Shown piece after piece: positions 1-16,450 of a DNA stretch of 64,000 bases. The stretch's first letter is position 1; every line of letters begins with the position of its first letter. The stretch lies in NCBI RefSeq assembly GCF_009914755.1, contig NC_060944.1. One strand, 5' to 3'. Origin of the DNA: the human T2T-CHM13v2.0 reference genome, Homo sapiens. The position numbers and the translations under genes are program-made. The notes beneath the pieces are model-generated. The model was not told the origin of the DNA. It worked only from the letters and a program-made list of their open reading frames with translations, and did no database searches.

Positions 1-847
1 TCCAAAACATGACATTAAAATATTACTCCGTGTTACAGAAAAGATATTAAGGCTTTCTATTATTTACATTAAACAAGCAAGCACCTTTAAAAAAAAACAA
101 AACAAAAAAGCCCTACTCTTCCTTCTCTGACATACTCTGGCCAGAGGGGATACCGTGTCCTCTTCCAAATGACCAAGATGCTCTGCAGGGGCTGTGCCCT
201 GTGAAGACATCTTGGTATTGGAAACATCAGCTCTGGCAGGGTGGGGGCAGCAGAGAAGTAGGGGTCTAGACTTGAGCAGGAGGTTCCAGCCTCTTCTGGC
301 CGGCTACCCTCAGACCCCTGCTGAGCTTCACCATCCTTGGGGGACAGGCTAGGCTGAAGGTGGTGGCTGGGGCTGTCCACCTGCCCAGCCTCCCGGGGTC
401 AGTATGCAGGGCTGTGGCAGAACAATGCTCCACGACGCTTAGGTGTGCCTGGGGGCTCCCCAGACCACTGGGGCCAGACAAGGAGGGAAAGAGGCAACTC
501 ACTGGCCCCAACGCCAGCCACACTGAAGGGCTGCCCAGCGGGGCAGGGACGGCAGGCGTGCAGGGAGTGGGTAAACCTCCTCTCTACCAGGGGAGGCTGG
601 CAGAGTCAGGCTTGCAGATAGAGCAACTCAGGTGGCTGAGGAGGGGCCGAGGAAAAAAAAAAAAAAGAAATGAAAAATCAGTGGCTCAAGTATTCTGTGT
701 CATGAGGGGTGGGCTGGGGTACCTGGGCCCAGCCCAGGAGATGTCCTCTCCATCTGGAGGGGCCAGCTCAAAGAGGCTGGAATTTGGCAGATGGCTTCGG
801 TTTGGGGGCTAGGGAAGGTTGGCAACCAGGTAGCAGGCTCGGAGAAG
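1..847 (-). other. PEDS1: PEDS1 3' UTR (partial; continues beyond the window start)
   Basis: Repeat-free sequence after the stop codon with U-rich tracts; no minus-strand AATAAA/ATTAAA seen in this interval. Confidence 0.85.
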
Positions 848-969
848 TTATTTGATCTTCTGGGCCCATTTCATGTCATCTGCCCGAGGCTTCTCGCCCG
901 TCAGGCCCTGGATGAGGTCCTCCAGGCGTCGCCAGAAGCCTATCTTCTCCAGAGGGTAGTTGAGCCAGC
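848..969 (-). CDS. PEDS1: PEDS1 terminal coding exon 6 (GWLNYPLEKIGFWRRLEDLIQGLTGEKPRADDMKWAQKIK-stop)
   Basis: Acceptor ctgcag| at 970-971; TAA at 848-850; summed CDS 813 nt = 270 aa. Confidence 0.96.
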
Positions 970-1038
970 CTGCAGTAGAAATGGCAGCGGGAGTTTGAAT
1001 GGGAGAGAGTAGTCAAGGGGACATTGGAAGAGAGCTGA

Positions 1039-1810
<772 letters not shown>

Positions 1811-3044
1811 ACCCTCTTTCATTTCTTTATAGCCTTTATGATAACCTGTAACCATCTTCGTTAATTCTCTATTTTCCTGTTCTGTGTTTGTTCACCCCCC
1901 AATCCCCAACTGGAACGTTATCCCCAAAATGCAAAACACCATGTTCTTTCACTGCTGATCCTCAGTGCTTAGAATACAGCCAGGCGCAGAGTAGGTGCTG
2001 AATAAATATTGCTCACAATCTTACAGCCTTCCAGCTCACCATGAGGTAGATACTAATATCAGTCCCATTTTCCACATGAGCACACTGAGGCTTAGAGAAG
2101 AGTTTCCCAATTAGCAGGTGGCCAAACCAGGATTGGAACTCAGCCCTGCCTAAGTAGTTAACCCATCTCCTAAATAGCCTGAATTCTAATCCCTCCACCT
2201 GCCTTCCAAGGAGCACAAATTGAGGACATGAAAAAGAATGTTTTTTTGTGGTTCTCAGTTCTGTTTCCAGAAAGACCTAAAAAAAAATAGTAGCTGTAAT
2301 TTATCAAGTACCTACTATATGCCAAACACCGCATTTGCCATTCCCACTATGGCCCTAAGAAGGTGATATATGAAGGAGGCGGCTGCAGCCCTATTTTGTA
2401 AGGAGAAAAGCGGTCCCCAGGGAGGTTTGTGAGTTGCCTAAAGGCACATGTGGAGAAGCTGAGAGTTAGGCCTGAGTTAGACTTGACAGCACCTGATACA
2501 CTTAACCTTGAAAGCAGCCCAGCTGGCTCCAGAGAAACTCCCAGTTCACCTCACCTCTTTCGCACTGGCTGCTAACTGAGCATGGCACGTGGGCCTCCTT
2601 TCCCTTCCTCCACTGCACTGGGCATGTTCCTGCCTCTGGCCTGCTGCTTCCTGTTACCTTTGCTCTAATCTGTGCTCATCTATCTTCAGGGCCCTCCCAC
2701 ACTTCTCTCCTCCCTCTTCAGTTGCTCTGCCCCCTTCTCTCCTCCCTCTTCCACTGCTCTGCCCGCTTCTCCCTCTTCCATTGCTCTGCCTCAACTCCAG
2801 TCAGGAGCCTCTTTGCCATTCCGGAAACACACCAAGCAAGCAAAGGCCAGCCTCAGGGCCTTCGCACCTACTGTTCCTGCTGCCTAGAGTGCCTCCCACA
2901 GAGGTCTGCACGGCTTTGTCCCTCAGCTCCTCGGGGTCTTTGTTCAAGTGTCACCTTCCCTGACCACCCGATTTAAGAGGCAAAGCCCCCACTTCCTTCT
3001 CCCACCCCTGCTTTATTTTCCTCCATAGCAGTTAGCACCATTAG

Positions 3045-3507
<463 letters not shown>

Positions 3508-3757
3508 TGATGGGTGGCTGGAATCACAACGCCATGAAGTCGAGGGAGAGGGCTTTGTCAGTCTCATTTACTGTGTCCTCAGCACCTAGAATAGTGCCTG
3601 GCACACAGTAGGTGCTCAATAAATGCATGACCTGAGAGACTGTTCCCAGAGGGCAAGGACTGTGTGACCTCCTGCTGTGATCTCTGCCCTCCTGACCTCG
3701 AAGATGGTGCAGTGGCTGGGGTGGGGAAAGCCCATTCCACGCCACTGGTGGCCGCAC

Positions 3758-3970
3758 CTGTGGTGATGCAGAAGTAGGTCTCGTGGGGTGAGACGTGGTG
3801 GATGCGATGGTGTTTACGTGGCAGGATGACATGCCAGTCCTGCAGGAGGGTGACCCAGCGTGGCAGCCCAAAGTACGTGTGCGACCACTTGTGGATCTGG
3901 TTGGTGAAGGTGCCGAAGATGATCAGGCAGAAGACGAAGCACTCCCAGGGGTATAGCTGCTCCAGGGCTT
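3758..3970 (-). CDS. PEDS1: PEDS1 coding exon 5 ([12 protein letters not shown]...QIHKWSH...[20 protein letters not shown])
   Basis: Acceptor ctgcag|; donor CAG|GTGCGG; 213 nt; HxxxH and HHxxHH boxes; visible inside supplied ORF 3579..4118. Confidence 0.97.
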
Positions 3971-5328
3971 CTGCAGGTTGGGGAGAGGGGGGGCCGGCAC
4001 AGCTGTCACTCGGGACGGGGAACCCACCCCAAATGGCCCTCACCACCTGCTCCTGGGCGGCTCCTGAGCTGGGCAAGCACCCAGGATTCTCTTCCACCCC
4101 CTGCAGGGCCGCAGGCAAGCTCAGGTGCTGCCCTGGGCTTCAGGCTTTCCTCCTGCTCAGGAAGCAGGCGTAATGGTGTAATAGGATAATGGCATAAGCA
4201 TGGCAATGGCTGGGAATGTAGACCGGAGTCAGCTGGAGCTGGGTTCCGATCTCTGCCGACATTTCTTGGCAGTATGGGCTGGATCGGTGACTCTGCCTCT
4301 AAGAAGCTTAATTTCCCCATCAGGAAAATGGGAATGATGCCTTCACCCAGGTTCCCTAGAAGCGGAGCCTGAAACAGGTTCTTGTGCATGTGATTTATCA
4401 AGGGAGCCTCTTCAGGAAAAAACCTCGAAGGGAGGGAGGGAAGCAAGACACGGCAGGGGAAGAGCAGAGCAAAGATGGGGTGGGTGGCGTCCTGTCTCAG
4501 TCTGTTCCTGCAAGGAGCTCTGAGGTGTTAACGGCTCTTTAGAATTAGACCCACTCAGAGGCAAAGGGACTAGCGTCGGAGGCGTTTCAGTCACTGGCTC
4601 CAGCCTTATCCCAAGGAGACAGGTGGGACCTCCCCTCCATCCCTGGAGAAGCTGGGAGCTGTCAGCAGCCACCACTCACAGAAGCAGGGGCTGGGTGCAC
4701 CCCCAGGGAAGGGGATGGGCAGGGTGCCATAGCACCCACTACACTACACGTCCTCACCACCTCTACCCACCGGAGGCTGCCTGAAGAACAAATGGGTGTT
4801 AAGGTGCTGGAACAGGACCGGGCCCCAACCTACCTCCACCTGACAGATAAGGCAACTGAGGCTCAGAGTGGTGAAATCACTTACTTTGGGACCAGTCCCT
4901 CTAAAAATAGGCAGGCCCTGTTTTCACAGCCTAGACATTTTCCACTAGGCCACGGTAGCAAAACCCCAGAAGCCCTGCCAGGCAGGTAACACAAATGAAC
5001 AAGGTGGGTTGGGTGCAGGGAAGCAAGGAATAGTGGGGACGGTGGTAAACTGGAAAGACGCGTCCTGTCAAAGGCAGTGGCTGCAGCTCAGCTCCCACCC
5101 AGTGAGGCCAGGTGGGAACATGGACCCAGGGGGGCCAGAGCAGATTGTGCAAGAGAAGCTGGAAACCTCCATCTTCATGTCAGGTTTCCTGATTTTACAT
5201 GAAGACAATGAATGAAAACTCTTTTAAAATACCATAAGGAGCCAAACACATAAGCCCCAGAAGGCTCCTGGGGGTCGGCCTCTGCCCCCAAGGCCCCCTC
5301 CCAGCCCACCACTAGCTGGGTGTCTCAC

Positions 5329-5473
5329 CAGGGCTGTGGGTGCGGAACTTGTAGGCCATGTTTAGCAGCGGCAGCAGTGTCACCAGGCAGTTGTCCCCGT
5401 TGGTCTCGATGAAGTCGTGCCGTGTGATAGCTGTTGGGTCAATGTGGTGCTCCCGGAAGGGTCGGATGAAAGC
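5329..5473 (-). CDS. PEDS1: PEDS1 coding exon 4 ([48 protein letters not shown])
   Basis: Acceptor ctccag|; donor CTG|GTGAGA; 145 nt; FREHH histidine box. Confidence 0.97.
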
Positions 5474-6638
5474 CTGGAGTTGAGGGGGACACAGCCCCAG
5501 CAGTCAGCCTAAGGTGGTCAGCTGCTCTCCACAGCCCCCTAAACACATTCACCCTGGGCTCACCTCCCGCCTTTGATCCTAAGTTTCCTCCACCCGGGAT
5601 GCTTGAACATTCCCACCTGGCCCACTGCCAGACACAGACCCCATCCAGCCTTTGGGGAGATGAGCCGAAATGACCCTGGAAGGGCTTTGGGTTGGCACTG
5701 TCTGCCTCTGGGCCTCAGTCTCCCTACCTGTGCTGTAAGGGGGCTTGGAGACAACCTCCGCCCTTCCTCCCCACCCCAAGGCAGTTGAGGAGGTCCCTCT
5801 AAGTAAAAGGTGGGACCCTCTGGACCCCCTGCACCTGCTGGGGTAACAGCCTCCCCTCCTTAGTCCAGGCTCTTCTGACAAGGCTGACCTCGCCCCGGGC
5901 TGAGAAAGAACACGTGACCAGGCCTGGCCAATCATAGCATCTCCTCCCTCTAGCTAGTGACTGCCTGAGGGCCCAGCACGTGACCCAATCTGGGCCAATG
6001 GGAGTGAGCCGTGGGACTTCAGTTGGCGGAAACTACAGGGAAGGAGAAATGCTGTTCTCCTGGAAGGAGAAGGACAGTTCTCTTTTCTTGGGAGCTGGAA
6101 GGATGGATCTCTGGGCGGTGAGAAAGCACACTGGCCACCTTATGAGGGGAAAGTAGAGATAGAGATGGAAGAAGACTGGGCCTGAAGAATGTGGTCTGTC
6201 GGTCCTACTGGATGCAGCCATTCCTTAATTTGGCTCTAACCCTGAAATCTTCAGTTACATGAATCAGTACCCTTGTTTGCCTAAGCCAGTTTAGATTTTC
6301 TGTCAAAACCAAAAAAGTGACTAATACAGGATAAAATGCAGTTAAAACAGCAAGAAGCAGCAGGGGAGACAATGGAAAAGCAAGACACCCCCAAATTCAG
6401 GGGTTCTGATGAGGCAGGCACATATCTAAACTCTTGGACCATCCCAAGCCTGATGCTTTTGCTTCCAAAATCCCAAGGGACTCCTGTTCTAGTCTTGCAG
6501 CACAGGGGTGAGGGACAGGCTGCAATGATGGTTCCCATCTTTCAGATAGGGAAACAGTCTTAGAGAAGAAAGGGGACTCACTCAAGGCCATACAGCCCAA
6601 CCTCCTTCTTGAGGACATGGTTAGGTCAACATACTCAC

Positions 6639-6730
6639 CTTCCCCACAATGGGCAGCTCCACAGAGCCCCATGTGTCAGCACCCCAGTGTACCAGGCCAG
6701 ACAAGAAGTCAGCAATGAGAGCCCCTGCAA
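6639..6730 (-). CDS. PEDS1: PEDS1 coding exon 3 ([31 protein letters not shown])
   Basis: Acceptor ccacag| at 6731-6732; donor AAG|GTGAGT; 92 nt; DFxSGxxHWxxDTWG motif of the Kua/CarF/FAD4 desaturase family. Confidence 0.97.
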
Positions 6731-7106
6731 CTGTGGACAAGAGGGTGAGTGAAGGGACATCCCTGCACCCCCCCAATCAGAATCACTCATTCATTTACTC
6801 ACTTGCCCGCTCATTCATTTGTTAGGAGGGGAAGGTGTCCCTTCTTCTCTAGTTGGGATGTTTTCTTCCCTGAAGATGGAGCCTCAGGCTTAACACTCCT
6901 CCTGCCTGTTACTTGCTGTGCTCGGGGAGATGCCAAGACTCATGTGCTTGGAGAGTCTGGAGAGCATAAACTGGGCATGCTCAGATCAGCTCAACCTTTC
7001 CCTATTAGGAGCAGGCTGTGCCCTTCTCTCTGCCCCATATAAGGAAAGCCTGCTCTGCACCAGTGCTGCCTGGAACTGCAGCAATGTCCTTCTGGGTTTG
7101 GTGTTA

Positions 7107-7493
<387 letters not shown>

Positions 7494-7704
7494 TCATTTG
7501 GTCTCCAGCAGCCTTTTCCTTGTTTCTGTTCTCAATCTGTTCGGAACTTGAGCAGGGTTCCCTCAGACTCCAACACCATTCACTCACTTGAGGGTTCAGT
7601 AGATTTGGACTCAAATTCCAGTGCTGGCACTCACTAGCTGTGACGCTGCACATGTTATTTAGCCTCTCTGTGCCCAGTTTCCTCTTGTAAAATGGGAATG
7701 ATGC

Positions 7705-8004
7705 GACTGGGCGCCGTGGCTCACACCTGTAATCCCAGCACTTTGGGAGGCCGAGGTGGGCGGATCACCTGAGGTCAGGAGTTCGAGACTAGCCTGGCCA
7801 ACATGGTGAAACCCCATCTGTACTAAAAATACAAAAATTAGCCGGGTGTGGTGGCACACACCTATAATCCCAGCTACTCAGGAGGCTGAAGCAGGAGAAT
7901 TGCTTGAGCCCGGGAGATGGTGGTTGCAGTGAGTCGAGATCATGCACTGCACTCCTGCCTGGCCAACAGAGTGAGACTCTGTCTTGAAAAAATAAATAAA
8001 TAAA
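7705..8004 (+). mobile_element. AluS inserted into a MIR
   Basis: Full dimer; GGGAATGATGC on both flanks; MIR core (cagtttcctcttgtaaaatggg) to the left. Confidence 0.93.
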
Positions 8005-10075
8005 AGGGAATGATGCTAACATTTACGAGCACTTTCTCAATGCCAAGCACAAATGCTTTACAGGCTAGATCTTGATGAATTCTCACCATTTGTTTTAAGT
8101 TGGTAGCTTTTTTATTCCCACTTTATAGAGGTGGAAACTGAGGCTTCCACCCCTGCTGCCTCCCATCACTCTCCTCTTTCGCTGCAGCCCAGGCCTACTT
8201 TATCTCCTTTCCCTTGCATGCCTCTGGGTCTTTGCATTTGCTGTTCCCTCTGCCTGGAACATTCTTTCCTAAGATGCAACACAGCTCACTCCCTCACCTC
8301 TTCAGATGTTTACTCAAATGTCCTCCCTGGACACCTGATGGAAAATTGCAACCACCTCATCTTCCAGCATTTCCGATCTCCTATGTATATTGTTCTCCAA
8401 GCACTCGGCACCTCTGACTGCTCTTGTGCTGGTTTATTTTCTCCCCCAACAAGGAGGTTGGCTCCACCATGGCCAGGGCTTTAGTCTGGCTTGTGGCTGC
8501 ATCCCAGCTCTTGGCACCTATTCAGAACTCAGTAGAGCACTACTAAGTGCAGTGTTTGGCACATAGTAAGCCCTCAGGCCATATTACTGTTGCTGTCATT
8601 GAGTCAATCAACTAAGCCACACTCCACAAAGGCCTCCTGTGTGATAAGCTCTAGGGACAGAAACATGTCAGACACTGAACACATGTCTATGGAGAAACGC
8701 TGTAAAGTCCAGCAGAGGACAAAGGCAGCTGTGAGTGATGACACGTGTGGCCCCCTGGCTCATGGGGCTTCAGACAAACCCCTTCCCAGACTCGGTTTGT
8801 CTGTGTCAACTGGTTGTCCAAGATTCTGAGTTCTGCTGGTGCCCTCAACCCCTTGGTGACAGGGGACCAGGGTCTTGGGGGTACTGTGGAGACTGCAGAA
8901 AAGCCCCTGGATGCCTCCTGGGTGAGTGAGACTTGTGGTTGAAGGGACAAAAGTAAGCACGCAAGTCACTGTGAATGTGCAATCCTGACGTCCAGGCCTG
9001 GGGTGAGGGGCAGCCACTGGATGCCGACTTTCCAGAGGCCCTGTGGTATCCATCACAGGTGCCAAGCACGGGAGGGGTGGTGGGGGTGGGGGCAGCACAG
9101 CTTCATGCAGGCACCTGCAAGTTCCTGGGGATAAGGGCGGAAGGGCAGGTGGGGACAGGTGGCAGCTACACCTCCTGGCACACAGACGCCTAAGGACAGG
9201 CTGAAGGGTGTCACTGCACAGTGGCTGGGCTGAGGTAAAGGGGTTGGGACTCAGCAAGGCCCCAGAGCCTGTGCACCCAGTGGCCCTGCTCTGGTCTGGG
9301 CAGTCTTGCCCATTTGTGATGGGGAGGGTGGACCCAGGCCAGGGGCAGGGGCGGGGATGTAGAAGGCGAGGGAGGTGGAAGCCCGAGAAGGGCTTCTGGA
9401 TTTTCTGTTCCTCTACACAGCACCCCACCCCCACTCCAGATCCCCTGTGCTGGCTCCTCCTCGGCCTTCTTGCTCAGAGCGAAGGTCAGCCAACCCTTCT
9501 GGCTAAAGCCATCCTTCCGGGCAGTTGCTCTCGCTCACATCTCCCTGCTTCATTTCTTTCATGGCACTTGTCATCCCCTGAGATGGCCTCATTTGTCATC
9601 CCTTCTTGGATGAAGAAAGAGGCCTGGAGAAGTTGAACCACTGCCTCCCAGTCAAGTGGCCTGGAAATGGCAGCTGTGGGATGGGAAGAGGCCTGTCGAC
9701 CTGCCTCCAAAACCAGCACCCTTTTGTGTCCTTAAACTGCACTGCAGCAGGTCCATGGCATTATTAGAGCTCCTACTGCATACTTTGGGATGCTGTGTAT
9801 GCACTGCCTCTGTCTACCAGCAGGGACAAAAGGCCATGTGGCCAAGAGCTATGACAGAACTAGATCAAGTGTTGGGGGCCTCAGCTCTTGCTACCATATT
9901 GCTGTGTGACACTGTGCCTACTCTAGGCCTCAGCATCTTTACTTGCTTAATGAGGTCAACTGAGGTATCTCGAGGTCCTGTCCCCATAGCTCGGACTAAT
10001 GACATCTCTAAATGCTGCCTTCAGGCTGGGCTGGAGCACAGTGCAGAGCTGCAGAGCTGGCACCATTGCACTCCT

Positions 10076-10337
<262 letters not shown>

Positions 10338-10647
10338 AATGAATGAATGAATGCTGCCTTCATGAAAGAAATAGCTACAGAGGAGAAGTGGCTGGATGTC
10401 ATAAGGGTGGGGCCTCGCAAGGGATTCAGAGTCCAGGTTCCTTGTTCCCCGAGTTCTGGGCTCCTGATGAGATGGGGACAAGCCCCTTCCCCTCTCTAAA
10501 CCTTGGCTCATTTTATGTTATAATTGAATATAACCTACAAACAGTAAAGGCCATAGGCCTTACACAGCTCACAGCCTTTTTATGCGTAGACACACCTGTC
10601 TGACCAACCCCCAGGTTAAGATAGAGATTCTATACCTACACAGAATA

Positions 10648-11145
10648 TAAGAGGTTGGCAAACTTTCTTTAAAGGGTCAGGCAGGCCGGGCACGGTGGCT
10701 CACACCTGTAATCCCAGCACTTTGGGAGGCTGAGGCAGGCGGACCACTGGAGGTCAGGAGTTTGATACCAGTCTGGCCAACATGGTGAAACCCCGTCTTT
10801 ACTAAAAACACAAAAAAATCAGCTGGGTGTGGTGGTGCGGACCTGTAGTCCCAGCTACTCAGGAGGCTGAGGCAGGAGAATCGCTTGAACCTGGGAGGCA
10901 GAGGCTACAGTGAGCAGAGCTCGTGCCACTGCACTCCAGCCTGGGCAACAGATGGAGACTCCATCTCAGAAATAAATAAATACATAAATGGACAGTAAAT
11001 ATTTTGGGCTTTGCAGGCCAAGGCAGTCTCCACTGCAGCTCCTCAACTCTGCAGCTGTAGTGTGAAGGCAGACATCAACAGCATTCCCAGAATACCTGTT
11101 TACAAGTGTTTTTGGTCCTCAGGCCATAGTGTGCTGACCCCTGAT
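10648..11145. mobile_element. MER58A-like hAT-Charlie DNA element interrupted by an Alu (10684-10988, +)
   Basis: ggttggcaaact...tgctgacccctg termini typical of MER58; internal full Alu. Confidence 0.7.
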
Positions 11146-11159
11146 AGAAAGCATTTCCA

Positions 11160-11468
<309 letters not shown>

Positions 11469-12134
11469 GCATTTCCAGCCCCACAGCTGGCTCCCCTGTC
11501 CCACTAAGCTCCCTTCTGACCCTGTTCCATGCAACCATAGAGCTGCCTCCTATCAGCAGAGACTGATTTTGCCTATTCTAGAACTTTATTTAAACGGATT
11601 CAGATGGTAGGTGCTCTTTGGAGCCTGGCTTCTTTTACTAGTGTAATGTTTCTAGCGTGGGCCATGCAGTCGTGCGGATCAGCAGTGGTTCACCATTTTT
11701 AGGGCTGAGTATCCCACCATCTGGATGTACAATGATGCATTTATCCACCTGGCCATGGTTGGCCATTTGGGCTGTTTCCAGTCTGGGGCTGTTTTGAATC
11801 TGCTGCAGTGAATATTGGTGTACAAGTCTATGTGTAGACATCCACCCTCATTTACTTTGGGTTAAGATGTCAACTACTTTTTTTTTAAAAAAAAACCTGA
11901 TATTTATTGAGCACTTATAACTACCAGGCCCCGTGCCAACGCCTTAAATGTTTTATCTTCTTTAATCCCTGAATGGCATCAAGGCCTCGCTTAGGCCGAA
12001 TCTTATCTCCTTAATCATTCTAAACACTTAATCCTCACAGATAATGAGAAAGATGAGCATAATAAAAATTATACAGATGAGAAAACAGTAGTTGGGTTAA
12101 CACTGTGTACTGGGGCTTTGTGAAGTGTTAAGAA

Positions 12135-13985
<1,851 letters not shown>

Positions 13986-14144
13986 GTGGACAATCTCACT
14001 TCATGTCCACAGTAACAGGCCCCACCCCATCCTGACCTTCCAGAGGAGGGTAAGAACTCCCCAAGGTCACACGGTGGCAGGGGCAAGGCAGGGCTGCTGG
14101 TGAGTAGCCAGAGACTCGCTAGAGTCATTCAGGATGATGCAACC

Positions 14145-14162
14145 TTAGGGTTAGGGTTAGGG
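14145..14162 (+). repeat. (TTAGGG)3 short interstitial telomere-like repeat
   Basis: Three perfect TTAGGG units. Confidence 0.9.
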
Positions 14163-15461
14163 AGACTTCGCACCCAGGTATGGAGAATGGGGACATTTAC
14201 CTCCCTTAACTATGAGAAGTTAATAAAATGGGCTGCTGGGTAAAGGGCCCGGTGGGTCCCGCGACACAGCAAGCATCCCCCCAACGCAGCTCCTGTGAGC
14301 TCTCTGCTGAGCCTCAGTCTTGCCATCTGTCCAATGGTCAAGGCCTGGCGCCTGCACGCTGCCCAGCAGGGAGGGATGTCTGCTTTGGACAGAAGTCAGG
14401 AATCATCTTAGGAGACCAGGAGCCCTCCCCCTGGCTCCGTGATCTTGCGGCCTCTGCCGGTGGCAGTGACTCCAGGCTGCTGTCTGAGGCTGCTTTAATG
14501 GGGGCAGGGGTGGCAGACAGGCACACAGAAGCCTCTTTGTCCCAGCTTTGGGGTGGTGGCAGCTGGCAGCCGGCTCCCCCTGGGGGCAGCTTCGGCTTGG
14601 TTACCACCCTTCCCCGCAGAACACTGGGACAAGGAGAGGGATGGGAGACGGCTCACCCCAGGCTACCCTGACTCACGGGGGAACTTGAGGTAGTCGCTGG
14701 GCCCGTGCGGGCTTCCATTTCCCCAGAGGTCACCCAGCTGGGACTTCCTCACCCCTCCCTGCCCACCTCAAAGGCCTGGCGTGGAGATGGAAGGCGTGGC
14801 TGAGGGGCCAAGTGAATGCACTGAGGGCAAATCCATGGGTTTCGGTCCTGGGTCCCAGTCCTGTCTCTACCGCCTTCCAGCTCAGTCAGATCCAGACTCC
14901 ACTTCCAGCCACAGGACGGGCCACGACCCGAGCCTGGGACTTCTCTGACCTCATCCCTGACCTCTGGACTCACTGTGCCCTCTGCCCGGAAGGCTTCTCC
15001 CAAGGTCCACGAAGGACTCTGCTCCTTTAAGGGCCAACTCACAACCCAAACACTTCCTCCCCCTTCTCCACGTGGAACAAAAGCTCAGGGCTCCTACGGC
15101 CTTCACTTGTTCACCCACTCACTCACGACAACGATGTGCGTGTCACAGTGGCTGATGACCTCCACGTGGCTAAATCCAAAGGTCCCTTTACTGGCCACCT
15201 TGCTGGTCCACTCGGTGGCTGTTCCCAGTCGACCCCCAAGACTCCTGGAAACACATTCTCCTCTTGGCCCCTGCAAGCCCTCCCTGGTTCTCCCCCGACC
15301 TCCCTGGTTCTCCCCCCATCTCCCTGGCAGCGCCATCCCAGCCTCCCTTGCTGGCTCTTCCTCCTCCCCAGCCTGGAAACACGGGAGACTCAGCCCCTGG
15401 GGGTGCTCAGCCAGCCTAGGAGATAAGGAGCTTCATCTTGACACAGATGACCCCCGGATTT

Positions 15462-15712
15462 CTTTCTTTTTTTTTTTTTTTTTCCAGAGGAAGTCTCACT
15501 CTGTCGCCCAGGCTAGAGTGCAATGGGGCGATCTTGGCTCACTGCAACCTCTGCCTCCCGTGTTCAATCAATTTCTCCTGTCTCAGCCTCCCCAGTAGCT
15601 GGGATTATAGGCGCCTACCACCATGCCCAGCTGATTTTTGTATTTTTAGTGGAGACAGGGTTTCACCGTCCCAAAGTGCTGGGATTACAGGTGTGAACCA
15701 CCATGCCCGGCC
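15462..15712 (-). mobile_element. Alu with an internal deletion in the left monomer
   Basis: tttcaccg is joined directly to tcccaaagtgc. Confidence 0.9.
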
Positions 15713-15719
15713 GGACCCC

Positions 15720-16450
15720 CAGATTGCTATTTCCAGCTGCCTCTCCCTGCCTCCAGACCTAGATTTCCAGTTTCCTGCTCAACACCTCTCCTTAGCTCAA
15801 CAGCGGCCATCTCAAGCATCTCCCTCAGGCCTGCTCTGCCGATGACCTCTCTCCATCTCTGTGAATGACAGCTTCATCCCTTCCATCTCTCAAGAGAGAA
15901 ACCTTGGAGTCAAGCTAATTCTCTCTCACCTCCACAGCCAACCTGGAAGCACATTCTGGCAGCTCACCTTTCACAGCTCCTCCAGAATTTGACAACGCAT
16001 CACCACCTCCACTGCTCCACCCAGGTCTGGGCCACCCTTAGGTCTGGGCTGCCATCTTCACGTGGCTGGACCATGGCAGGCGCCTCCTCCCTGGCTGTCC
16101 CCACCCCCAGCCATCTTCCCTGCAGCATCAGATGATGTCAACTCCCTGTGGGAAACTCACCAATGGCTTCTCATGACCCCATATCCAGACCAGGCCCTCA
16201 TGGCCCCACAACATCTGCTTCCAGTGCCTTGCTGGGCTGCCACAATTTTCCTTTGATCAATTTCCTCCAGCCACAATGGCTTCGCTCTGTTCCCCAAACA
16301 CACGAGGCACGTGCCAACCTCGGGGCCTTTGCATTTGCTCTTCCCTGTGCCTTGGATGCCCCTCCCCAAGATCTCTGCACGGCCCTCCCTCACCTCCTTC
16401 AGGTCTCTGTGCAAACGTCATCTTTTCAGAGAGGCCTTTCCCGCCTACCC
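15720..16450. mobile_element. L2 fragments
   Basis: L2-like 3' segments (cctcggggcctttgcatttgctc...tcagagaggcctttcc). Confidence 0.65.

Noticed and set aside
80-86. miR-29 seed match in the 3' UTR
   Set aside because: Only a 6-mer (GGUGCU), too weak to support a call
851-868. C-terminal ...WAQKIK as a di-lysine ER retrieval signal
   Set aside because: Lysines are at -1 and -3, not the -3/-4 or -3/-5 pattern of KKxx/KxKxx
8760-9434. Longest ORF in the track (224 aa, minus strand)
   Set aside because: Intronic and GC-rich, with low-complexity Pro/Cys content and no recognisable domain or exon structure
14975-15598. 207-aa plus-strand ORF
   Set aside because: Runs through L2-like sequence into an Alu; no protein family signature
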